Shown here piece after piece: positions 9,398 through 19,741 of a stretch of 64,000 nucleotides of DNA (the first letter of the stretch is position 1; every line of letters begins with the position of its first letter). The DNA comes from Candidatus Poribacteria bacterium. GTDB taxonomy: Bacteria > Poribacteria > WGA-4E > PCPOR2b. The notes beneath the pieces were generated by a model. The model was not told where the DNA came from. It saw nothing but the letters and a program-made list of their open reading frames with translations, and ran no database searches. The stretch lies in assembly GCA_965208325.1 (NCBI GenBank), contig OZ242326.1:2752001-2816000 (forward strand). The letters are read 5' to 3'. A program made the translations under genes and the position numbers.

Positions 9398-10030
9398 GTG
9401 GAGGCAATGATTATGTCAGATTTGGACGATGAATTGATGCAACGGTGCCAACAAGGAGACACGGAAGCCTTCGATCTCATTGTGCGCCGAAACCGAGCGC
9501 CTCTCGTCAATTTCATCGGACGATTCTTGGGCGACCAAAACTCGGCTGAGGATTTGGCGCAAGAGACGTTTATACGTATGTTCAAAGCCGCTAACCGCTA
9601 CAGAACCGGGGCGGCAAAGTTCAGTACGTGGATGTATCATATTGCAGCTAATCTTTGCAAAAATGAGCTCCGCAACCGCGGACGGCGCGGCAATTTCTTC
9701 ATTGATAACGTTAGCTCTGAAGAACATCTCGGACAAGATAACAGCGTTGGCGAAGATTTAATTGCAACCGCCCCGGCTCACGCCTCCTTGCAACCCGAAA
9801 ACCAACTCGTTCAGAAGGAACGGCAACAAGCGGTACAAAATGCAATCTCCAAATTGCCGGAACGCTATAGATTACCATTGATACTCCGCGATCTGCAAGA
9901 CCGATGTTATGAAGAGATTAGCAAAATTTTGAACTTGCCGCTTGGAACCACGAAATCTCGTATCAATCGAGCACGACTAATGCTAAGAGACAAATTAAAA
10001 GACTTTGTGGAGGAACCATGGACTGCGTAA
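9398..10030 (+). CDS. ECF RNA polymerase sigma factor (RpoE/SigW-like)
   Basis: AEDLAQETF, KFSTWMYHIAANLC (region 2); YEEISKILNLPLGTTKSRINRAR (region 4). Confidence 0.93.
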   Translation: MEAMIMSDLDDELMQRCQQGDTEAFDLIVRRNRAPLVNFIGRFLGDQNSAEDLAQETFIRMFKAANRYRTGAAKFSTWMYHIAANLCKNELRNRGRRGNFFIDNVSSEEHLGQDNSVGEDLIATAPAHASLQPENQLVQKERQQAVQNAISKLPERYRLPLILRDLQDRCYEEISKILNLPLGTTKSRINRARLMLRDKLKDFVEEPWTA

Positions 10031-10644
10031 GCGTGGAAGAACAATTCTCCGCCTACCTTGAAGACGAACTTGATTATCAAACTACGAAGGTATTTGAGTC
10101 GCACCTTGCAAACTGCGGTTCGTGTCAAAACGGATTTACGTTATTCCGCGAATCGGTTAATTTATTGCATCAGATGCCGTCAATCGAACCATCGCCAAAC
10201 TTCGATTCGGATTTGCAATCTCGCCTCGCTAATGCGCAAATGGATTCGATTCCTTGGTGGCGTCGTACACTTGCGGCTATACGTTCGAAATCAGTGTGGG
10301 CGTTTAGCGGTGTCGCTTTGGGGATTGGAGTATGCGCCATAGCAGGCATTTATCTTTACCAAAACGCATACGTCGGAAACGAAACTATTTCAGTCGCAAG
10401 CACCGAGGATACACCCAATGTCAGACGTTACGACGTATTGCCGCCGCCCAGAATTCGTGTTGATGATTCATGGATAAGCAGAACGTCACCTTTAGTCCCT
10501 GATTTGGAACGGCAACGTCTCGTTGAGTTTCCTGCTTTTGAGGGGCCAGTTTTTCCAAAAACAGTTCAACCGCAGCGTGTCGAGCGAAATTACATCTTGC
10601 AGACGGTCACCTACACAGACACCCCTACAAGGGGAGGTTGGTAG
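10018..10644 (+). CDS. Zinc-binding (zf-HC2/ZAS) transmembrane anti-sigma factor
   Basis: C..SAYLEDEL..HLANCGSC (HxxxCxxC), one TM helix, overlaps the sigma gene. Confidence 0.88.
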   Translation: MDCVSVEEQFSAYLEDELDYQTTKVFESHLANCGSCQNGFTLFRESVNLLHQMPSIEPSPNFDSDLQSRLANAQMDSIPWWRRTLAAIRSKSVWAFSGVALGIGVCAIAGIYLYQNAYVGNETISVASTEDTPNVRRYDVLPPPRIRVDDSWISRTSPLVPDLERQRLVEFPAFEGPVFPKTVQPQRVERNYILQTVTYTDTPTRGGW

Positions 10645-10673
10645 GTGGTGGAAAAGGCACAGGATGGCGTAAA

Positions 10674-11798
10674 ATGAAGCACAAGTCATTTTCAATTCTT
10701 TCCAGTATTGTTCTATTTGCGATGGCGTCTTCCTTCGCTATCGCGGAAAAGAATGTTCTGAAAACGATGGAACGCGAGTTTCAAGCAATTGTTCAGTCTG
10801 TGAAGCCGGCTGTGGTTGAGGTAGTTGCATCATTCTCAGTACCTGAACGGCAAGCGGACGCTGGAATTTTCCCTTTGGATTCCGGTGTATCGCGTCCGTT
10901 CGCCGAGGATAGTCAGAAGACGGTTCATTTTCAAAATATCGGATCGGGTACACTTATTGATTCAGAGGGCTATATTGTGACGACCCGCGCTGTTGTTGAC
11001 GGCGCCGATGACATCGAGGTCGTATTCGGCAACGGACAGCGCAGTTCTGCTGAACTCGCAGGCATCGATCGCTTGACGGATATTGCCGTGCTGGCATTGA
11101 AGGAAGATTATTCATTACAAACAAAAATTGGGGATTCAGATCAGGTTCACACAGGGGCTTGGGTGATTACCGTTGGCAGTTCCTTTGGACACGCGCCAAC
11201 ACTTTCTTTTGGTATTGTTAGCGGTTCAGAAACATTGCCGAATCTGCCCTATGACGCCATCAAAGTGAATGTCGCAGTGAATCCCGGAAATAGCGGCGGG
11301 GCAGTGGTTAATACTTCTGGAGAGATTATTGGTATAATTACTGCAGCGCTGGCTGAACCTTATTTCACACCACTGCCTAATACCCCGTCAAGTCCCAAGT
11401 TGCCCGGTGATCAGTATGCCGTGTCGCGCGTCCGACCCTCCGAAGGAAACGTCTGGATGGACAGCGAAATCGGTTTCGCCATTCCGATTAAGACCGTTAA
11501 AACCGTTGCAGATCAGCTTATCCGAGATGGAAAAGTACGCCGCGGGTGGCTGGGAGTCGAAATTCTTCAGGACGAATTAGGAGTCCGAATCAATAAAGTA
11601 TTAGAAGATACGCCAGCGCAAAACGCCGGTCTCGTCGCTCAGGACATCATTACTGAATTTAAAGGCGTGCCCATTCATACACGTTGGGAATTACAAAAAC
11701 TCGTTGCAAACTCCAACCCAAATACACCGGTTACAATTAAAATTCAAAGGGGTAATAAGACACTTAAACGCCATGTTATACTCGGTGAAAGAGAATAA
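10674..11798 (+). CDS. HtrA/DegS-like protein with one PDZ; catalytic His apparently missing
   Basis: Signal peptide, GSG, DIAVL, NPGNSGG, RGWLGV PDZ; TTRAV where TNxHV is expected. Confidence 0.88.
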   Translation: MKHKSFSILSSIVLFAMASSFAIAEKNVLKTMEREFQAIVQSVKPAVVEVVASFSVPERQADAGIFPLDSGVSRPFAEDSQKTVHFQNIGSGTLIDSEGYIVTTRAVVDGADDIEVVFGNGQRSSAELAGIDRLTDIAVLALKEDYSLQTKIGDSDQVHTGAWVITVGSSFGHAPTLSFGIVSGSETLPNLPYDAIKVNVAVNPGNSGGAVVNTSGEIIGIITAALAEPYFTPLPNTPSSPKLPGDQYAVSRVRPSEGNVWMDSEIGFAIPIKTVKTVADQLIRDGKVRRGWLGVEILQDELGVRINKVLEDTPAQNAGLVAQDIITEFKGVPIHTRWELQKLVANSNPNTPVTIKIQRGNKTLKRHVILGERE

Positions 11799-11960
11799 CC
11801 TCCCCTTTTTTCCAATTCCATTCAACGATTTTTACCTTCCGTTATATCAGTAATTTACCGATTAATCCCCGCACCCTTGTTTTCTACGCTTCTTAGTTCT
11901 ACCCGCATTCCGTACACCACATTAAGTTAAGGGCAAATGGCACTAGTTTCCCAACGGCGC

Positions 11961-12150
11961 GTTGACATTTATGTGATGTCGTGCGTAATCGTAGGGACGG
12001 GGTCACCCCACCCATTCAATAACCGCGGGAAAGGAACTCCTAACCCTTAAGATCTGATATCTTCCTCATCTCTGTGGGAGCGTCCTCCCGGACGCGATAA
12101 GCCGCGAATATCAATCCAAGTCCGTTCCACAAAAAACACATCAACACCTC
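11961..12150 (+). repeat. Composite dispersed element (MITE/BIME-like), copy 1
   Basis: GTTGACATTT..GTAGGG palindrome..GATATCTTCCTCATCTCTGTGGGAGCGTCCTCCCGGACGCGA; homologous to copies at 17874 and 23064. Confidence 0.85.
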
Positions 12151-12313
12151 GTCACTCCCAAATTCCAACACATGGCATAGTTATTCCCACATTCGCCTTC
12201 AAACCTGTGATTAAGCCCGTCTAGTAAGGGTAGACACTTCCGGACGCAGAAAAAAACTTTACAATTACCCGCATCAAGTGTATACTTATACCTTCGCGGA
12301 GGAGGGGGCATGG

Positions 12314-12832
12314 GTGCCAAACATTGTCTTGGTCGGCTTTATGGGAACGGGGAAAACATCGGTAGGGCGGAGGATTTCCAAGCAGTTAAAGATGCCGTTA
12401 ATCGATACAGACAGTGTTATCGAACAAGACAGCGGCATGGTCATCTCAGACATCTTCGCGAGGCATGACGAATCCTACTTCCGCGATTTGGAGACCGCCG
12501 CTGTTTGCAAGGTTTCCGGGTTGGACAACCATGTAATCGCAACCGGCGGAGGGATTGTTCTTCGGAAATCTAATCTTAATACGCTAAAGCAGAATGGGAT
12601 TGTCTTTTGCCTAACGGCGTCTCCGGAGACAATCTGGAGGCGGGTGCGGCGCTCAACCCACCGTCCGTTGATTCAGACCTCCCAGTCGATGGACGAAATC
12701 CGGCGAATGCTTGCTGTTCGCGCCCCGTACTACGCTCGCGCCGACTACGATATCCAAACGTCCGGTTTATCAGTGTACCAAGTTGCAAATAGAATCATAG
12801 AGATATTTCAACATGCCGACCATCCACGTTGA
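12314..12832 (+). CDS. aroK: Shikimate kinase
   Basis: GFMGTGKT Walker A, DTD, FRDLE, ATGGG, RPL; GTG start after GGAGG. Confidence 0.95.
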   Translation: MPNIVLVGFMGTGKTSVGRRISKQLKMPLIDTDSVIEQDSGMVISDIFARHDESYFRDLETAAVCKVSGLDNHVIATGGGIVLRKSNLNTLKQNGIVFCLTASPETIWRRVRRSTHRPLIQTSQSMDEIRRMLAVRAPYYARADYDIQTSGLSVYQVANRIIEIFQHADHPR

Positions 12833-13898
12833 CCTTGATGAGAATTGCTATCCAATCTTTATTGAACACGGACATCTCGGTCAAATAGGAGAACTGCTTA
12901 AACCCAAGGCGAATTCACCAAAGGCGATTGTTGTTGCGGATGCTGTTGTAAGCAAACACTACAGCGAAACGGTTTCCGAGAGTCTGTCAAACGCTGGTTT
13001 TGACTTTCGGATTGTTGAAGTCCCATCCGGTGAAGAATACAAATCCTTAACGGAATTTACCAGGCTGCACAATCAGCTGATTAATCACCGCATCAATCGC
13101 GCTTCTACGTTGCTCGCGCTCGGAGGAGGTGCAATAGGCGATCTCGCGGGTTTCGTCGCCGCAACGTATATGCGCGGTATCGCATGGGTACAGGTGCCGA
13201 CGACTTTGCTAGCCCAAGTGGATGCGAGTGTGGGTGGTAAAACGGCAGTTAATCATCCGAAGGGCAAAAATCTTATTGGCGCGTTTCATCAACCCAAATT
13301 CGTCCTCATTGATGTAAAGACGCTTGAGACATTGCCGGCGCGTGAAATCCGATCCGGACTTGTTGAGATCATTAAGTACGGAATGATTATGGACACGCCG
13401 CTTTTCGATCAGATTGAGGAAAACCTCAAGGCTATACTCGATTTAGATGAATCGATCCTTATTGACATAATCGCTCGCTCTTGTAAGGATAAGGCTTACG
13501 TTGTAGGAAAGGATGAGAAAGAGAGCGGACTGAGAGAAATACTGAACTACGGGCACACTTTTGGCCACGCCCTTGAAGCACTGACGGATTACGATACCTA
13601 CCGCCACGGTGAAGCCATAGCAATTGGCATGAACTGCGCCGCCCGGCTCGCAGTGAATTTAGGTATGTTGGACTCAACGGATTGGGAGCGCCAGAGAATT
13701 CTCTTGCAGCGTGCAGGGCTGCCGGTGAATTTTGAATCGGGAATCGCCCCTGGCAAATTTATTGAAAAGATGTACCTTGATAAGAAAGCGAAGGGCGGGA
13801 ATCTGCGGCTCATCCTGCCGACACGCATTGGCGAAGTGATTGTACGCGGCGATATTGATGACGCCGCAATCAGCACCGCAATTTCGCAATGTACCTGA
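12813..13898 (+). CDS. aroB: 3-dehydroquinate synthase
   Basis: GGGAIGDLAGF, PTTLLAQVDASVGGKT, LNYGHTFGHA and HGEAIA. Confidence 0.97.
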   Translation: MPTIHVDLDENCYPIFIEHGHLGQIGELLKPKANSPKAIVVADAVVSKHYSETVSESLSNAGFDFRIVEVPSGEEYKSLTEFTRLHNQLINHRINRASTLLALGGGAIGDLAGFVAATYMRGIAWVQVPTTLLAQVDASVGGKTAVNHPKGKNLIGAFHQPKFVLIDVKTLETLPAREIRSGLVEIIKYGMIMDTPLFDQIEENLKAILDLDESILIDIIARSCKDKAYVVGKDEKESGLREILNYGHTFGHALEALTDYDTYRHGEAIAIGMNCAARLAVNLGMLDSTDWERQRILLQRAGLPVNFESGIAPGKFIEKMYLDKKAKGGNLRLILPTRIGEVIVRGDIDDAAISTAISQCT

Positions 13899-14059
13899 GG
13901 ATCATCATTCCTGAAGCGCCGAACAAGGGAAGAACCCAAGTACATGATAACATACGGCGTTATTTCGAGAAACACGCTGGCATCAGGCAAAAGAAGCCGG
14001 CGGAAAAGGCGAGTAAATTGAATAGACTCCGCTAGAATTGGGTCAAACGGAGTAACAGC

Positions 14060-14509
14060 ATGAAGGTTCTACTAATTCACGGACCAAATCTTCATCTCCT
14101 TGGTAGGCGCCAGCCCGAGGTTTACGGCACTCAAACTTTGACGGACATTAACGCGCCCCTGCTTGAAATTGCCGCTCAGCGGGGTGTTGAACTCAAAATC
14201 TTTCAATCAAACCACGAAGGCGAGATTGTCTCCGTCATCGGGGACAATATTGATTGGGCGGACGGGGTCCTAATTAATCCTGCAAGCTACACGCACACAA
14301 GCGTCGCCATCCGGGACGCATTGTCGGCTGTTAACCTTCCTGTTATTGAAATTCATCTTTCCAATATCTACGCTCGCGAACCGTTCCGCCACCGTTCTTA
14401 CATAAACCCCGTCGCTGTCGGTGTGATTGGCGGTTTTGGCGCCTATAGTTACGTTCTTGCGCTGGATGCAATTATCCACATCTTGCAGGAATCGCAACGC
14501 GTACACTGA
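14060..14509 (+). CDS. aroQ: Type II 3-dehydroquinate dehydratase
   Basis: HGPNL..LGRRQPEVYG, QSNHEG, INPASYTHTS and EIHLSN. Confidence 0.97.
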   Translation: MKVLLIHGPNLHLLGRRQPEVYGTQTLTDINAPLLEIAAQRGVELKIFQSNHEGEIVSVIGDNIDWADGVLINPASYTHTSVAIRDALSAVNLPVIEIHLSNIYAREPFRHRSYINPVAVGVIGGFGAYSYVLALDAIIHILQESQRVH

Positions 14510-14596
14510 TTTGGAATGATTTGGGAATATCGAGTTAGCCCAAAGCGAGTCTAGAGTAGAAACGCTCAAATTCTTCAATCGAACGAAGGGGTAATT

Positions 14597-15154
14597 ATGG
14601 CAGCACTCAATGACTTACGGAACGGCCTAGCTATTAAGCTGGATAATATCATCTACACCATCGTGGATTGCCAACACGTAAAGCCGGGAAAGGGCAACGC
14701 ATTCGCTCGGACCAAGCTCAAACGGGTTGCCGATGGTGCGGTCATCGATCGGACCTTTCGCGCAAGCGATACGGTCGAAACCGTCCGCCTCGAAGAACGC
14801 GAAATGCAATATATGTACAGAGATGGAATTCTATTGTATTTTATGGATAACGAAACTTTCGATCAATACTCATTATCGGAAGATTTTGTTGGAGATGGGA
14901 TAAAATTTCTCAAAGAAGGTGAAACAGTCAAAATCAAAATTGACGGGAATACACCGATGACCGTCGAATTGCCAACGTTTGTTGAATTAGCCATTGTTGA
15001 AACCGACCCGGGTCTGCGCGGTGACACGGCTAGCGGCGGATCAAAACCCGCTAAGCTGGAAACCGACGGGGTTGTCCAAGTACCTCTGTTTGTTAAAGAA
15101 GGGACAAAAATCAAAGTTGATACTCGCACGGGAACATATGTAGAAAGGGTTTAA
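14597..15154 (+). CDS. efp: Elongation factor P
   Basis: HVKPGKG loop, PGLRGDTA, VQVPLF and KVDTRTG. Confidence 0.97.
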   Translation: MAALNDLRNGLAIKLDNIIYTIVDCQHVKPGKGNAFARTKLKRVADGAVIDRTFRASDTVETVRLEEREMQYMYRDGILLYFMDNETFDQYSLSEDFVGDGIKFLKEGETVKIKIDGNTPMTVELPTFVELAIVETDPGLRGDTASGGSKPAKLETDGVVQVPLFVKEGTKIKVDTRTGTYVERV

Positions 15155-15157
15155 TTC

Positions 15158-15637
15158 ATGCCTGAAGATAAATCGTCATCGGCCATAGAATTGCTTGAGC
15201 AGGTCTGCGATTTAATGGAAAGTCGGGATTTGGCAGAAGTGTACCTGCACGAAGGGGATATTACCCTTAAAATCCGGCGGGGAGGTGAACCGGTCTCGCC
15301 TGCCTTGCCCGCGACAACTCGTGATGCTGCGTTGCCGTTGTCAACCGCGCAAATTCAATCCCCCGACACCACGTCAGCGGAAACACCTGATGATGCAGGT
15401 GAAACCATTAAAGCACCAATGCCCGGCATGTTTTATCGTGCCTCTTCTCCCGAAGAACCCTCGTTTGTTGAAACTGGCGCAGTCGTATCTGAAGAAGACA
15501 CTTTGTGTCTGATTGAAGCCATGAAAATTTTCAATGAAGTCAAAGCGGAATTCCCGTGTGAGATTGTTGAAATCCTTGTCGAAAACGGTGCACCTGTTGA
15601 ATTCGATCAACCGTTGTTTCGTGTTGAAAAAAGATAA
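15158..15637 (+). CDS. accB: Acetyl-CoA carboxylase biotin carboxyl carrier protein
   Basis: APMPGMFY and the EAMK biotinylation motif. Confidence 0.95.
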   Translation: MPEDKSSSAIELLEQVCDLMESRDLAEVYLHEGDITLKIRRGGEPVSPALPATTRDAALPLSTAQIQSPDTTSAETPDDAGETIKAPMPGMFYRASSPEEPSFVETGAVVSEEDTLCLIEAMKIFNEVKAEFPCEIVEILVENGAPVEFDQPLFRVEKR

Positions 15638-15648
15638 AATTCAAAATC

Positions 15649-17022
15649 ATGTTTAAAAAAATCTTAATCGCAAACCGCGGTGAAATTGCCGTCCGCATCA
15701 TTCGCGCTTGTCGAGACATGGGCATCAAAACCGTTGCCGTGCATTCAGTAGCCGACCGGGATGGTCTAAATGTAAAGCTCGCCGACGAGGCCGCTTGCAT
15801 CGGTCCGCCCGCACCCGCGGAGAGCTATCTCAAGCACGCAAACATCATTACGGTGGCGGAATTAACCAATGCAGATGCCATACACCCCGGCGCAGGATTT
15901 TTGGCGGAGGATGCGGAGTTCGCCGAAATCTGCGCCGCCCACAAGATTACCTTCATTGGCCCTTCAGTCGAAAATTTGAGGACAATGGGCGACAAAGCAG
16001 AAGCGCGAGAAACCATGGCGAAAGCCGGGTTAAGATTGGTGCCGGGCAGTCGGAGTAGCCGTCACGGACTGCGGAGAAGCTTGAAAAAGGGAGTTGTTGA
16101 AAGCGCGGAGGAAGCCGTCCGACTTGCAGATAAGATCGGCTACCCAGTCGGTGTAAAGGCCGTCGCGGGTGGTGGCGGACGCGGTATCAGAATTGCCCAC
16201 AACAGTATGAGTCTCCTGAACCTCTTCCACACCGCAAAAACAGAGGCAAAGGCGTCGTTCGGCAATGCAGAAGTCTATATTGAAAAGTGGATTCAGAATG
16301 CTCGGCACATTGAAGTTCAAATCTTGGCGGACAATCACGGCAACGTCATCCATCTCGGTGAACGGGCATGCTCCATTCAGCGCAAACGCCAGAAACTGCT
16401 CGAAGAAGCACCTGCACCTTCACTTAACCCAAAGATTCGCGGCGAGATTGGAAGGGCAGCTGTTAAAGCAGCAAGGTCGATCGGCTTTTCAAACGCAGGA
16501 ACAATTGAGTTTGTCGTTGATGCAGAAGACAACTTCTATTTCCTTGAGATGAATACGCGGATACAGGTTGAACACCCGGTAACGGAAATGATTACCGGAA
16601 TCGATTTGGTAAAGGATCAGATTCGTTTGGCTATGGGAGAAGAACTCGGGTACAACCAAGCGGATATTAAAATGAACGGACACGCAATTGAGTGCCGAAT
16701 TAACGCTGAAGACCCTGAGAACGATTTCCGTCCCTCACCGGGTTTAGTTGAAACATATTTGCCACCGGGAGGAATCGGCGTACGCGTCGATGGCTATATT
16801 TATCCCGGCTATGTCAAATCGCCTTACTACGATTCGTTGGTTGCTAAACTCATTGTGCATGGGGGTGACAGAGACGAAGCAATTGCACGAACGAAGCGAG
16901 CTTTGGGAGAGTTTAATATTGAAGGTATCAAGACCACGTTGCCGCTGCACGCCAAAATCCTTTATGATGAACGTTTTCTAAATGGAAATGTCTATACGAA
17001 CTTCTTAGAATCGAATTCGTAA
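15649..17022 (+). CDS. accC: Biotin carboxylase
   Basis: [27 protein letters not shown] and ECRINAED. Confidence 0.97.
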   Translation: MFKKILIANRGEIAVRIIRACRDMGIKTVAVHSVADRDGLNVKLADEAACIGPPAPAESYLKHANIITVAELTNADAIHPGAGFLAEDAEFAEICAAHKITFIGPSVENLRTMGDKAEARETMAKAGLRLVPGSRSSRHGLRRSLKKGVVESAEEAVRLADKIGYPVGVKAVAGGGGRGIRIAHNSMSLLNLFHTAKTEAKASFGNAEVYIEKWIQNARHIEVQILADNHGNVIHLGERACSIQRKRQKLLEEAPAPSLNPKIRGEIGRAAVKAARSIGFSNAGTIEFVVDAEDNFYFLEMNTRIQVEHPVTEMITGIDLVKDQIRLAMGEELGYNQADIKMNGHAIECRINAEDPENDFRPSPGLVETYLPPGGIGVRVDGYIYPGYVKSPYYDSLVAKLIVHGGDRDEAIARTKRALGEFNIEGIKTTLPLHAKILYDERFLNGNVYTNFLESNS

Positions 17023-17085
17023 TGTCTGTGACATATTGCGTGTAGACGGACAAATACGTTTCACTGTCCATTCCCCAATCCGAGA

Positions 17086-17799
17086 ATGCCCGCTTCCATT
17101 GATGTAATCTTCACACCCGATCTTCTACCGCTTTCACCGCCCACCGGCAAAACTGTCGTCGTAGCGGATATTTTGCGCGCCACAACCACCATCACGTTTG
17201 CCATAGCAAATGGTGCGCTCGGTATCACCCCAGTGTTAACGCCGGATGACGCCTTTGAGTGTGCCGCGAATCGACGGAATACCATAATTTGCGGGGAACG
17301 CCGCGGGAAAAAGGTAAACGGCTTCCATCTTGGAAATTCGCCGTGCGAGTATACCAAAACCGCCGTTTCGGGCAAACAAATCGTTTTGACAACAACGAAC
17401 GGAACGCGTACCTTATGGGCGTGCCGTTCCGCTAAGCAAGTGTTTGTTGGCTGTTTTCTCAATCTTCAAGCCATCATAAATTCGCTCATGCAAGTCGAAG
17501 GTGAAGTTGTCATTGTGTGCGCTGGGCGGGAGGGTAGTTACTGCATGGAAGATACCGTCTTCGCAGGCGCTTGTGTAGCCTCGCTGAGCGCGGCGCATTT
17601 AACCGATGCCGCTGAAGCCGCGAACATCCTCTATCGTGCGCATCGCCATAATCTACCCAGCATGTTGAAAGACTGCTATCACGGTCGAAAACTCGCTGAG
17701 ATTGGATTAGCGGACGATCTCGAATTTTGCGCCCAGCTAAATCTTGTTGATGTAATACCTTATCAGATCGACGGACAAATCGTTTCGCCGCACGCTTAA
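17086..17799 (+). CDS. comB: 2-phosphosulfolactate phosphatase family
   Basis: DILRATTT, GER, GNSP, TTTNGT and EDTVFAG. Confidence 0.9.
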   Translation: MPASIDVIFTPDLLPLSPPTGKTVVVADILRATTTITFAIANGALGITPVLTPDDAFECAANRRNTIICGERRGKKVNGFHLGNSPCEYTKTAVSGKQIVLTTTNGTRTLWACRSAKQVFVGCFLNLQAIINSLMQVEGEVVIVCAGREGSYCMEDTVFAGACVASLSAAHLTDAAEAANILYRAHRHNLPSMLKDCYHGRKLAEIGLADDLEFCAQLNLVDVIPYQIDGQIVSPHA

Positions 17800-17873
17800 C
17801 AGCATCGGTTAGCATTTATTTCCCATTAGACATCAATAGCCACAAAGTAAATCTTCAACCTTAATAAGGCGCC

Positions 17874-18060
17874 TTGACATTTTTGTGACGTCGTCCGTAA
17901 TCGTAGGGGCGGGGCCCCCCGCCCATTCACCAACCGCGAACGGCGAACGCCTAACCGTTCAGATTTGATATCTTCCTCATCTCTGTGGGAGCGTCCTCCC
18001 GGACGCGATATGCACCGTATTTCAATGTAAGCAAATTCAACAGTAAACCTAGCAACACCC
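17874..18060 (+). repeat. Composite dispersed element (MITE/BIME-like), copy 2
   Basis: Homologous to copies at 11961 and 23064. Confidence 0.85.
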
Positions 18061-18191
18061 CAACGTTTAGCACCAGTGTGGGATCAAGCGAGTGATTAGC
18101 GAGTGCAATTGAGATTCTCAGGCATTTAGAACACGATACGCCTTAATGAAGCATATGCGAAATGCCCCCAACACCCAAATTGGAGAGATAT

Positions 18192-19634
18192 ATGGCAGAA
18201 ATCGATCAGAAACAGGTCGAAGAAATCGTCGCACAAGTCGTCAGGAATCTTCGAGATGACGATAAGGTTTTATCACCAACTCCCGCACCCCCGCTTTCAG
18301 GTACGCCTGGCTCGGTTGTGCACCCCACTGCCGATCAAGCGGTTGCAGCGGCAAAATCCGCGCAGACTGAACTCGTGGCACTCGGATTTGCCAAGCGCGT
18401 AGAAATCATCGCAGCCATCAGGAAGGCTTCACTCGAACATGCAACGCGGTTAGCAGAGCTGGCGGTCAAAGACACGGATATGGGAACCGCCCAGCATAAG
18501 ACCATGAAGAATGAAGCCGCTGCAAGGCTTTCTCCCGGCGTGGAAGATTTGCAATCAGAAACCACAACGGGCGATTCCGGGTTGTTGCTCGTCGAATATG
18601 CGCCATTCGGTGTCATCAATTCCATTACACCCACAACCAACCCAACATCAACCGTGATAAATCACGCAATCATTATGCTAGCGGCGGGAAACTCGGTCGT
18701 TTTCAGCCCGCACCCGAATGCGCGGGCATGCACGGAAGAAACCATGCGCGTAATTGATGAAGCAATCGTCAATGCCGGCGGCCCCTCTAATCTGCTTACG
18801 TCCGTTGCGCAGGCGAGTTTGCGTACAGCGAAAGAGATTATGAGTCACCCGGATGTATCCATGCTCGTCGCAACAGGCGGCGGCAGCGTGGTTCGGGCTG
18901 CGTTGTCCAGCGGAAAGAAAGCCATCGCGGCAGGCCCGGGTAATCCGCCGGCGATTATTGACGAAACTGCCGATGTCAAAAAAGCCGCGAACGATGTTAT
19001 CCTCGGCGCAAGTTTCGACAACAACCTGCTCTGCGTCGGTGAAAAAGCGCTCTTTGTTGTTGAATCCGTTGCCGATGAAGCCATCGGCGAACTTACTCAG
19101 AATGGCGGCCACCTCATCGGGACCGGCGAACTAAACAAACTGCAAAACGTCGTTGACAAAAGCGGGGACGTAAACCGCGAGTTTATCGGCAAAAACGCAA
19201 CCGTGATTCTCGGCGCCGCAGGCATCAACGCCCCAGCGAATACTGTTGTCATCGTGGTAGAAGTCTCGGCCAATCACCCCTTCGTAATTAACGAATACCT
19301 CATGCCGATTCTGCCGGTCGTGCGCGTCAGCGATTTCAACGAGGCGGTTAAAGGTGCAACTGCCGCCGACGGCGGACGCAAGCACACAATCGTGCTCCAC
19401 ACCAACAACATGGCACGAGTCACGCAGTTCACAAAAGCAATTAACGCGAACGTCGTGGTAGTCAACGCACCCTCATACGCATGCGCCGCAATTGACGGTG
19501 AGGGATTCCTGGCAATGACCATTGCAGGGACAACCGGCGAAGGTTACACGCGTCCGCGAACTTTTACGACTCGGCGGCAATTGACCATCACAGGCGGCTT
19601 ATCAATTCATACGCTACGAAACACAACCGAATAG
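18192..19634 (+). CDS. CoA-acylating aldehyde dehydrogenase (EutE/PduP type) with N-terminal microcompartment encapsulation peptide
   Basis: PTTNP, AAGPGNPP, SFDNNLLCVGEK catalytic Cys, TIAGTTGEG; N-terminal amphipathic IDQKQVEEIVAQVVRNL plus Pro-rich linker. Confidence 0.9.
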   Translation: MAEIDQKQVEEIVAQVVRNLRDDDKVLSPTPAPPLSGTPGSVVHPTADQAVAAAKSAQTELVALGFAKRVEIIAAIRKASLEHATRLAELAVKDTDMGTAQHKTMKNEAAARLSPGVEDLQSETTTGDSGLLLVEYAPFGVINSITPTTNPTSTVINHAIIMLAAGNSVVFSPHPNARACTEETMRVIDEAIVNAGGPSNLLTSVAQASLRTAKEIMSHPDVSMLVATGGGSVVRAALSSGKKAIAAGPGNPPAIIDETADVKKAANDVILGASFDNNLLCVGEKALFVVESVADEAIGELTQNGGHLIGTGELNKLQNVVDKSGDVNREFIGKNATVILGAAGINAPANTVVIVVEVSANHPFVINEYLMPILPVVRVSDFNEAVKGATAADGGRKHTIVLHTNNMARVTQFTKAINANVVVVNAPSYACAAIDGEGFLAMTIAGTTGEGYTRPRTFTTRRQLTITGGLSIHTLRNTTE

Positions 19635-19741
19635 TAAACCATTTAAATTTGGTCTTGCCATCGGCTCGTAAATCCGATAATCAATCGCCAAGTTTAACAC
19701 CCTGCGCTATCGATCCATGGTTGCCGCAACTGGAGAGTGAC

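Noticed and set aside
12173..12188. TGGCATAGTTATTCC as a sigma-54 promoter
   Set aside because: Lacks the -12 GC dinucleotide
13896..14021. TGA read-through after aroB
   Set aside because: AroB is complete at the stop; the extension has no domain features or SECIS-like hairpin
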